Below, piece after piece: positions 11,024 to 19,852 of a stretch of DNA of 33,024 bases (positions within the stretch are counted from its first letter, which is position 1; every line of letters starts with the position of its first letter). Source of the DNA: Trichomonas gallinae (lineage: Eukaryota); assembly GCA_008369845.1 (NCBI GenBank), contig MRSU01010140.1, positions 1 to 33,024 of the forward strand, read 5' to 3'. The notes beneath the pieces are model-generated. The model ran no database searches, was not told the origin of the DNA, and saw only the letters and a program-made list of their open reading frames with translations. Made by a program: the position numbers and the translations under genes.

Positions 11024-11320
11024 TACCGAAATCGGTCATGAAAAAGTGACTCTTTACATGTCAAATCTGACATGTAAAGAGTTCAAAATAAACACTTTAG
11101 ACAGGGGGTGCAACCATAATTGTCACTTTTCAAATATTTTTGATTCTGGATTTTGAAATAAAAGACTAAATTTTTGAGATAAACAGTTTGAATAAATATA
11201 AGAAGATAGTGCCAGCGTCAGATATGACGCCTGAAGCAAGTTGAAGCTCTTTCATCTTTTTTTAGAAATTGAGACTCCACCCATGTTTTAATCTGTCACT
11301 TTTTGTTCCGCATTTCGGTA
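11024..11320. mobile_element. Possible MITE-like element with imperfect terminal inverted repeats and TA flanks
   Basis: Left end TA-CCGAAATCGGTCATGAAAAAGTGAC; reverse complement of right end TA-CCGAAATGCGGAACAAAAAGTGAC; no coding capacity. Confidence 0.35.
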
Positions 11321-11543
11321 GGGATAAAATTTATTTTTAGAATGATATAAAAATCTATATTTTCAGATTAAAATCATTTTTGTGGATAATATTTTTTGAC
11401 ACGTAAAGTCATAATTGATTTTATTTGATAATTAAGATATTTGACTTGTATAATTTGATATTCTCAAATTTGTTTGATTCTGTCGTTTTTTCAATTTTTG
11501 ACAAAATAGGGGTGTTATCCCCTTTTTAAATTATTTTTCACTG

Positions 11544-12311
11544 ATGAAATCAAATGAGGATATTGTAGATGTTTGGGCATATAACCTTGAAACTGAAATG
11601 GACAAAATCTCTCGTTTGCTTCCAAAGTACCATTATGTTGGTATGGATACTGAATTTTCGGGCTTTTTTGTTAAATCTCCTCCATTAACAGCCTCTGATG
11701 AAGTGAAATACCATGTAGAAAGAGAAAATGTCAATAGAATGAAATTAATACAGATCGGAATAACTTTAGCTGATGATGAAGGAAATGTCCCGCATCCTGT
11801 ATGCTCATGGCAATTCAATTTCAAATTCGACTTATCACATGACATGCAATCCACAGATTCGATAAATTTGCTTCATCAATCAGGAATTGATTTGGATAAA
11901 TTTTTAAGAGATGGAATTAACATACTAGATTTCATACCAATATTCTATGCAAGTGGACTAATAATGAATGAAAACGTGATTTGGATCACTTTCGCCGCAA
12001 GTTATGATATTGCTTATTTAGTTAAGTTAGTTACAGCTGATATGCTTCCAAAATCCCAACATCAGTTTGATCGTGTTGTTAGGACATATTTTCCGCATTA
12101 TTATGATGTTCGTTATATGATGATGCAAATTAATCCTGGGGTCGGCTCATTGCAAAGCCTATCTAAGGAATTAGGTGTAATGCGTTATGGACAGATGCAC
12201 CAAGCAGGTTCAGACTCATATGTTACAGTTTTAGCTTTCTTTGCTGCCTGTAGAAGGCATTTTCGTGGAAGTATTGTCCATGAAAAGTTTAGAAATAAGT
12301 GTTGTAAGTAA
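11544..12311 (+). CDS. CAF1: CAF1/POP2 (CNOT7/8) DEDDh deadenylase, CCR4-NOT subunit
   Basis: DVWAYNL, MDTEF, KLIQIGITL, WQFNFKF, SYD, HQAGSDS; catalytic D/E/D/H/D residues all present. Confidence 0.95.
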   Translation: MKSNEDIVDVWAYNLETEMDKISRLLPKYHYVGMDTEFSGFFVKSPPLTASDEVKYHVERENVNRMKLIQIGITLADDEGNVPHPVCSWQFNFKFDLSHDMQSTDSINLLHQSGIDLDKFLRDGINILDFIPIFYASGLIMNENVIWITFAASYDIAYLVKLVTADMLPKSQHQFDRVVRTYFPHYYDVRYMMMQINPGVGSLQSLSKELGVMRYGQMHQAGSDSYVTVLAFFAACRRHFRGSIVHEKFRNKCCK

Positions 12312-12837
12312 ATTCATCATGTTATAGTATGAATTTTTCAAAAACAATTATTTTTTTCTCATAATGGAGCATATTTTTTTATCAAACTATGGCTCATAAT
12401 GAAATGGAGAAAAACATGAATGAATGATAACAAAAAGTTGCAATTAATTATTGAGTTATGTAATTACATAAATTCCAATGTAACAAATATATATATAAAT
12501 CAAAACACTATTCACATTAAAATAAAAATCAAGAAACATATTTATCATTAATTACATTATTGTTCTTTCAGATCATTTCAAGTTTATAAAATTTACGATT
12601 GAAGTGCTCATGTTCCAAATTGCTAGATTTTTGACTCATATAATCATTTTATATGAAGATGTGATTATATGAGTTGGAAATCAAGCATTTCTGATCATAA
12701 TTCCAAGAAACTTTTTTTTCAATCCGATTTTTGATATTATAAATACAGTATTTATATATTATATTGATCACCAAACATACCAGAATCATAGAGTTCCATA
12801 TTTATATATGATTTTATTTTTGATAAGAAATCTCAAG

Positions 12838-12936
12838 CGAAATAAGCATAAGGAAATAGGAAAGAAAGGAGGAAAAGAAGGAAAAATAAGAAAAAGGGGA
12901 GAGAGAAGAAGAAAGGAAAAGAAAATAAAAAAATAA
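12838..12936 (+). repeat. Polypurine/polypyrimidine low-complexity tract
   Basis: About 100 nt of almost only A/G on the + strand. Confidence 0.85.
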
Positions 12937-13025
12937 TGGACATATGTGATAGAGATGTTCTCTGCCGGAGGCGATGATGACACCACGCCGTAGGCCCGAT
13001 TTTTGGCGATTTGAACATCCTTAAA
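12930..13025. ncRNA. Candidate small structured RNA, class and strand uncertain
   Basis: 66-nt island of about 55% GC (36/66) closed by GATGTTC (12954-12960) and GAACATC (13013-13019) in a very AT-rich intergenic region. Confidence 0.3.
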
Positions 13026-13153
13026 TCCAAACTATCCCTACCCCTAGTGTCATATTTTGTAAAGTTTTTTAAAAATTGATGGTAAATTTAAAAATTTACG
13101 GGCGAACAATAATTTTATTAAGGGTTCCAAAAAATTATGAAGGGAGCAAAAAT

Positions 13154-14446
13154 ATGAGTGAGTTTTATTTATCTGCAAAAGGATTAATGAACTGCGCAAA
13201 TACAAATCTTCCTGATAATTTTGTGTTTATCGTAGGGAAGAAAGAATATCCGTGCAATTCTTTCCTTGCAGATTTCATTTCTCCTAAAGTCTCAGATCTC
13301 CATATTCAAAACCCGCTCGCAGAATCATTAAAGATTGATGTTAATGATCCATACGATGTTTTCTCAGTTGTAATGCAGCTGATGAACGGCGAAGAAATCG
13401 ATGTTATTCCATTTCAAATTAAATATATTCGAAGAATTGCAAAAGCCCTAGGAAATCTTGAACTTATTCGTGAATTCTCTCTTTTATGGAAAAACGAAGC
13501 CCTTAATCTCAACAATGTTGTACAGATTTTAGAAGAAAAATTCGAAAACAACGAAGATATTACAGCAGAAATAGATTTTATAGCTTCAAACTTCTTCCAG
13601 ATTAGTCCTGACCAGCTTGATGGCATGGATATTCAACTTTTCGATAAAGTATTTTCATCACCTAAGTTAATCTTAGAAGAAGAGCCAAAAACATTTAATT
13701 TTATTTATCAGCAAGTTCAGAAATACGGCCCAGAATACATTTCGTTGTTCAAATATATTATTTTTGAAAATACAAAGAAAGAAGACATTCAACTATTTTT
13801 AGATAACATACCAAAAGAAAAGGTTTCGAAAGAAATATTTGATGCGATTAAAATGAGACTTTCGCAGCCTTTATCTAATCTAGCACCAGAAGAATCATCA
13901 AGATATCAAAATCCTCCATTAGAACTATTATATGATCCATCTAAAGGTCTATTCCATGGAGTTTTCAAGAAATTATTCACAATATATGGAGAGAGAAATT
14001 TAGTCAAAACTGGAATTGTTTCCCTTAAACCTAAAAATGAGAGCTCACAGACGCCAATAGAAAATATATTCAAGGATTCGCCAGGCAATGACAAGAAAAA
14101 TACTTACAATATGTCATTAACAAAAGATAATTATATTTTGATTGATTTCAAGACAATGCAAGTTCAAGTTACTGGTTATTCAATAGGATCTGGTCTCCAA
14201 TGGAATCAACAAATGAGCTGGGTTCTTGAAGGCAAAAATAATCCAAGAGAAGACGCGTTTTATACAGTAATAGACGAGAAAAAACAAAATGCAGATATTG
14301 GTGGCCCAGATAAATCATATTATTGGGAATGTGTAAAATCTAAACCATATCAATATATTCGTTGGAGGTTAACACAAGGAAATGGCGGTGGTATAAACTT
14401 TAAACGAATAGAGTTATATGGCATTTTAATACAAAAGCCAAAATAA
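13154..14446 (+). CDS. BTB/POZ-like plus helical plus F5/8 type C (discoidin-like) domain protein
   Basis: FVFIVGKKEYPCNSFLADFISPKV (BTB-like); EIDFIASNF; C-terminal YILIDFK...SWVLEG...YQYIRWRLT...IELYG. Start placed at ATG 13154; the in-frame ATG at 13079 is the alternative. Confidence 0.8.
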   Translation: MSEFYLSAKGLMNCANTNLPDNFVFIVGKKEYPCNSFLADFISPKVSDLHIQNPLAESLKIDVNDPYDVFSVVMQLMNGEEIDVIPFQIKYIRRIAKALGNLELIREFSLLWKNEALNLNNVVQILEEKFENNEDITAEIDFIASNFFQISPDQLDGMDIQLFDKVFSSPKLILEEEPKTFNFIYQQVQKYGPEYISLFKYIIFENTKKEDIQLFLDNIPKEKVSKEIFDAIKMRLSQPLSNLAPEESSRYQNPPLELLYDPSKGLFHGVFKKLFTIYGERNLVKTGIVSLKPKNESSQTPIENIFKDSPGNDKKNTYNMSLTKDNYILIDFKTMQVQVTGYSIGSGLQWNQQMSWVLEGKNNPREDAFYTVIDEKKQNADIGGPDKSYYWECVKSKPYQYIRWRLTQGNGGGINFKRIELYGILIQKPK

Positions 14447-14748
14447 ATATTGTTTGTCGATAAATTTTATTTTTATTTTTTTTTTCATCATTTATCATCA
14501 ATATACATATAAGTCAGATGATTCTAAGTAATTCTATGCTTATAATTATTGTAATACTTAGAAAAAATACTTTTCAAAAATATATTAACTTGTGGGAACG
14601 AAATGTTTATGTGATAATCATTGTGTTGAGTGTAGAGATTATTGCATTAATATCAAATGCTCATTGTTAATGATGTAAATGAAAATTGACATGTAAATAA
14701 TAATTTTTGACAAGTAAAGTCACCACTTATATCGTTCAACAAATTTAA

Positions 14749-15255
14749 ATGGCTTCAGTAAGATATACCCGTAAAGAATTAATTTCATTCTTCTCAGCAG
14801 ATCTTCCTCTTCCAGAGGATTTTAAGCAGATCAGAGGAATCTACTTAAATGAAGTTCAGAAACCACAATTACTCGAAAACGAAACATTAAATCTTTCAGG
14901 CACCGGCAAATCAAAGAAACCACGTGTTAACGAAGTTGAACATCCAAATCCAAACAAGAAGGTACAGAAATCAGCAGTTTTCGCTCCATCCCAATGGTAT
15001 TATTTAGATCCTACCTCAGTTATGCACGGACCATATAGCGCAGATCAGATGAGGAACTGGTGGGAGAAGAAATTATTCCCACCGGATCTCAAAATTTCTC
15101 AGAGATCAGACGTTGATTCCCTCAGACCTGTTAGTGAAGTATTTGGTTCTCCAGAAAATGCTTTTATGTTCAATCCATCAATATTCCAATTTATTTTAGG
15201 AGGTGCTGTTGACCCAGATCCTCTTCAAAAACTCGTTTTAGATTTTGATGCATAA
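14749..15255 (+). CDS. Small GYF-domain protein, GIGYF/Smy2-like
   Basis: WYYLDPTSVMHGPYSADQMRNWWEKKLFPPDLKI matches the GYF-domain pattern; N-terminal RYTRKELISFF matches YxxxxL-phi. Confidence 0.88.
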   Translation: MASVRYTRKELISFFSADLPLPEDFKQIRGIYLNEVQKPQLLENETLNLSGTGKSKKPRVNEVEHPNPNKKVQKSAVFAPSQWYYLDPTSVMHGPYSADQMRNWWEKKLFPPDLKISQRSDVDSLRPVSEVFGSPENAFMFNPSIFQFILGGAVDPDPLQKLVLDFDA

Positions 15256-15788
15256 AATTTACAAAGTGTCTTATAATAACAAATTAATTTTACTATTACT
15301 GATTCCGCCAATTCTTCATAGCAGTTGCATATTGGCTCCCATTATAATATTTTTCATAACAAAAAAAAAAATTCTTTTTATATTTTGGTGTATAATATGT
15401 AATAATTGTATATGATGTGAAGTAGTAATTCCGATTTTCAAAATGGTTTATTACTGTTAAATGAATTTTTTGAAATTAATGTTATTTCCATAAAATTATG
15501 AATGCATTGATATTATTAATGCTATTGTGCTGATTAATATATAATTAAACGATATTGCGATAATTAAAAAAAATATTAATTCAAAAAAATTAATGAATGA
15601 TGGATAGAATTTAGTAAAATCTAGTCAAATTCTTGTAGATATCATGAATTAGTGTTAATTTGATTTTGAAAAAATCAAATTAGATATTCACTATGTACAA
15701 GTTTGACAATCAATCATCGGTACCATATATGTATAATTAAGGCTAAAACTTCGTTGGCAATCATGAATAAAAAAGACTTTGTTTGTAA

Positions 15789-16358
15789 TTATGAGCAGCA
15801 GCCTCCCTTTTGCGGTTGAAGCATTACTCTTTGTGCAGCCTTTGATTTCTCGTCGAGAATTTGCGCAGCATGAACGAAAACTTTTGCAACGTTATTTCCA
15901 TTCATTGAAGAAGTATAATAAAATGGAATTTCGCGCTGTCGTAAGTATCCTTCAAAGTTGTCGAGTGGATATTGTAACTTCTGATCAGATTTGTTAATGC
16001 AGACAATTAAATGCGGAGCAGGATTGAAACTACAATATTCGGTATCAATCCAGTTCTGAACGTATGTCATAGATGAAATATTTAATACATCAAGTACCAA
16101 TATAACACAATCGACATTTCTTAAATATAAAGGCATCATTGCTCTATATCGTTCTTGGCCTGCTGTATCCCAAAGATTAAGTGCAACCGAATGATCCCCG
16201 ACTATTTCTTTTGCTCTTATATAAGACGCAGCAACAGTTGGCTTGTAATTTTCCAAAAATGAGCCTGTAATGTACCTATTAATCAACGCTGTCTTCCCTA
16301 CTCCTTCCTCTCCAACGACGCAGACTTTGTATCCATTAGAATCATCATTATTTAACAT
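15789..16358 (-). CDS. Rab-family small GTPase (divergent)
   Basis: GEEGVGKT, PTV, WDTAGQERYRAM, NKSD, TSS, C-terminal GGCCS prenylation motif. First ATG at 16358 (MLNNDD). Confidence 0.92.
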   Translation of the reverse strand: MLNNDDSNGYKVCVVGEEGVGKTALINRYITGSFLENYKPTVAASYIRAKEIVGDHSVALNLWDTAGQERYRAMMPLYLRNVDCVILVLDVLNISSMTYVQNWIDTEYCSFNPAPHLIVCINKSDQKLQYPLDNFEGYLRQREIPFYYTSSMNGNNVAKVFVHAAQILDEKSKAAQRVMLQPQKGGCCS

Positions 16359-16374
16359 TATTGGAATCTTGCGA

Positions 16375-16517
16375 CACTTTTTGTAATGATTTTTGTCACT
16401 TTTCATTTTTTGGCACTTTTCTATTGTCACTTTTAATTATTCACTTTTTAGATTTATCACTTTTAGAAATTAACACTTTTTGTAAAGTTTTGTCACTTTT
16501 TGACCGTCGTCACTTTT
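16375..16517. promoter_or_regulatory. Shared bidirectional promoter of the two Rabs with nine CACTTTT copies
   Basis: CACTTTT at 16375, 16397, 16414, 16428, 16442, 16458, 16474, 16494, 16511 within the 190-bp gap between the two ATGs. Confidence 0.7.
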
Positions 16518-16548
16518 GAAAAACGATAAACAATTCAGATTTTCAAGG

Positions 16549-17118
16549 ATGGAAAGAACATATAGAGTTTCTATGGTTGGTGATGCAGCAGTTGGAAAGA
16601 CGTCATTAATCGCATCACTCATGGGCCAGGAAGTAAATGGTGAATATAAAGAAACAGTTGGTGCTGCTTTTCATTCGTATTCGGATACATATGAAGGTCG
16701 TAATGTAACTATACAGTTATGGGATACAGCAGGACAGGAAAGATATAAATCACTCGGCCAAATGTACTATAGAAGCACAATTGCTGTTATCTTAGTATAC
16801 GATGTTACGAATATGACCAGTTTTGATAATCTTGGATCATGGCTCCAGTCGTTTAGAGATGTTACGGGTCCTCGCTCACTTGCTTTCGTAGTTGCAAACA
16901 AAACTGATCTCGAAGCTGAAGATCCATCGATTTATGCAAGAGGTCAACAATTTGCTAAGGATAATGGCTTCCTTTTCTTCAAGACATCTGCGAAAACAGG
17001 TGCTAATGTACAAATGATGTTCAAAACAATTTTGGAAGTAATTGCTCAGACAAATGCACCAAGCATTGTTACTTCTAATCTCAATCCATCCGAAAAATCA
17101 TCAGCTGGTTGCTGCTAA
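16549..17118 (+). CDS. Rab-family small GTPase
   Basis: GDAAVGKT, ETVG, WDTAGQERYKSL, YYR, NKTD, TSAK, C-terminal AGCC. First ATG at 16549. Confidence 0.94.
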   Translation: MERTYRVSMVGDAAVGKTSLIASLMGQEVNGEYKETVGAAFHSYSDTYEGRNVTIQLWDTAGQERYKSLGQMYYRSTIAVILVYDVTNMTSFDNLGSWLQSFRDVTGPRSLAFVVANKTDLEAEDPSIYARGQQFAKDNGFLFFKTSAKTGANVQMMFKTILEVIAQTNAPSIVTSNLNPSEKSSAGCC

Positions 17119-18092
17119 TTTATCGATCAAAGTTATTTTTTTGTTACACAAATGAATATGATCGATACTGTTCTCTCGGATATATATTTATGTTAATAAT
17201 ATAAAATTATATAGCTTACTGAATGAAATAATATTTCCTTTGAAAATCAATTTTATCTTTGTAAATGTCTTATTGATTGATTCCCAACATCGATTATTAC
17301 GTTAATCATGAGAATTTATTACATTTTGATATGTTAATATGTTGTAAGGTATTTTTCTTTGAATCAAATGATTATTTCTTAAATAAAACCACATAGTGAA
17401 TATCTTTGGTATGAGTTCATATTAAAATGAACTAAGATTCGTATGAATCTGATCCAATGATATTTGAACAAATTATTAAAACTTAATCTGAGGCTTTTTG
17501 GAACAACAATATATATGATATAGAAACTCTATTATTCAAATACATAATTAATAATCATCATTGTGCAACTTTAAATTTATTGAAATTATGAAGCTTGGGT
17601 TTTATGTTAACATGACCTTGAAATTAGATATTCAATTTCATATGTTACATATGAAGCTCTATTTTCATCATCAAATTAATTTTTTTGAGTTTCAATGCTT
17701 GAAAAAAAGGGATTTGATTATACAAACTATCTGTGTTACTATCTTAAATGTATCTAGACTGATTGTCGTTTAAAATAAACTAATACGAATGTCGGCCTTT
17801 TTCTAATATTTATCGATAATTCAGTGCATATATGTGTAAGATTGTTATATTCATTTAATCAACATTGAAAAAAGATTTTTGGAAAATTTTAAGCAATGTG
17901 CGTATATATAGTTTTTGGTTCTAATTTTTAGATTTAAAAAAAATTTTATATGATTTTATGATTTTTGTCAATTTGCCAGTCAGAAAAGAAAATTTAGAAT
18001 ATGTTGCAACTTTTTCAGAGGAGTGGAGCGGTTTTCCTAAGGAAAAATTTTTGAATACCATGAATTGAGAATAATGGTGGCAATTTGCCATA

Positions 18093-18958
18093 ATGATTTT
18101 CACTATTCTCTCTGCCATCATTGGATGCCTTAGCGACGCAATGAGCATTACCACCGCATTCAAAAAAGAGTCATCCGAGACTATTGTAGTTAATGGACGA
18201 GGAGTTGGCTTCTTCAAAGTTTATTTTCATTCACTTATCGGCAATGGCACCATAAAAATGAATCATGTGGAAAGATAATTAGACCGTATTGTTAGTAGAA
18301 TCATGAGAGACTAGTCAACGTCTCTTCAAATGCACAAACAAGAAATTTTCGACGAAATCTTGAATACAAACGATTTTGAATCGTACACAATGAAAGGAGA
18401 GTCTCATTTGGTCAATTCCGGTGGATATATAATAAGAATATTGGCCAGCTTTTCATGAACATTTATAAATTTGATCCTATTACTCATGAAGTTTATGGCC
18501 CTGGATGCATTATCCAATACATGAAGATTCAGATAGACTTCAATCTTGCCCATGATTGGATCATCGTACCTAAAACGTAGGCACGCTTCATTAAGGCAAC
18601 GCAGCACCAAGAGTTTAAGTATATTGATGAAAAGGCTGTGGATATGAATGATGTTGTTAAGTCAATTTCAATTACTGTAGCTCCGGTCGTTCTTGGTCTC
18701 GTCAAGCATCTTGAGCGTTTTATGACAGTTCTAGATTCAATAATTAAGTCTCAAATCGAGCATCCAAACCCAGAACTTCAGATATCACCAGGGCAGTTGC
18801 AGGTTTCTCAGCAGCAATTCAATGATATGGTCGCCCGCCAAGAAAAATACATGGAGAATGCTAAATCTGGTTTAGACAAAATTGCTGGAGAATTGGGCAA
18901 GATCGGTCAGTCAGAACCTGCTGCAAATAGTCGACATTACAGATATCACAGACATTAA
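18093..18958 (+). pseudogene. Disrupted gene for a putative secreted protein of about 290 aa
   Basis: Signal-peptide-like MIFTILSAIIGCLS. Coding-like sequence continues past TAA 18276 and TAG 18312, shifts frame near 18424-18432, passes TAG 18578 and joins the 18638-18958 ORF. Confidence 0.75.
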
Positions 18959-19237
18959 AAATCGGTTTTTGTTGATAATATATTGTATTTTATATCATCT
19001 GACAAAAATTTAAAACATTCCCGGAAGAAAACAATTTCTTCAAAATTTCCATTTCCATGAAGGATCTAATAAGCTTTTCATGATGAATAAGGATGTGCGA
19101 ATTGGCCGTATAGTGATGATTTCGCTGGTTTTGAATACACATGTTAGCTATCACGAACGCAATGATTATTTATATAATTTTTTTTTTATGCTAATGTTTA
19201 AATTTTTGACTTCAAGATGATAATCACTTTAACTTTG

Positions 19238-19435
19238 ATGTCTGAAGATTGTAAAATGAACATTAAGCAATGTACAAAATGTCAAACAACAATCCAAATC
19301 GTCAGTGACCCTAGTTTAATGTGGTGCAACTGCGGAAATGTTTTCTGCTGGGTATGTATGGGAAATTTGCCAGATGCTGAGCAGTGTTAGAAACACTTAT
19401 ATGATGTTCATAGAAACATCTATGCAACCAAATGA
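19238..19435 (+). pseudogene. Relic of an RBR E3 ligase C-terminal RING2/Rcat domain
   Basis: Manual translation MSEDCKMNIKQCTKCQTTIQIVSDPSLMWCNCGNVFCWVCMGNLPDAEQC*KHLYDVHRNIYATK*, matching CxxC...MxCxCGxxFCWxC...CYxHLxxxH. Confidence 0.75.
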
Positions 19436-19852
19436 AAGACTAAAACGATAATACAAATATCGTAAGGCAGTAAATTCTTATTATTTTTATCGAAAATTAT
19501 ATAAATCATTAAATCATTGAATGCTATTATTATATATTGTATTCATATGTTTAAATAGTCAAAATAATATAATTAGAAAAATTTCAAAAATAAATATCAT
19601 GAATAATAAATTCTTCACCTTTGAAAATGACTTAGTTCCAGGACAGTAATTGCGGCGTGTTTACAAAATATAATGGTTCGATCGATTTCTAAAATTTCGA
19701 AATTGGAAATACGGAATAACACCGAAATTTTGCGATATTTGGAATATTTCGGTTATATAAATAAAGGGAAAGAGTCTTAAAAATGGAGGCACAAGAAAAA
19801 AAAAAGTTGATGGACCAAGAAATCTATCGTCGCATTTTTTAAAAATTCTCAA

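Noticed and set aside
12786..13030. Phe-rich minus-strand ORFs
   Set aside because: They arise from translating the pyrimidine tract.
17561..17773. Short ORF and a weak minus-strand EIEYLIS ankyrin-like fragment
   Set aside because: Too short and degenerate to support.
18093..19435. TAA/TAG reassignment to Gln explaining the in-frame stops
   Set aside because: Intact genes end in TAA with no internal TAR, the broken gene also has a frameshift, and the RBR TAG aligns with Tyr.
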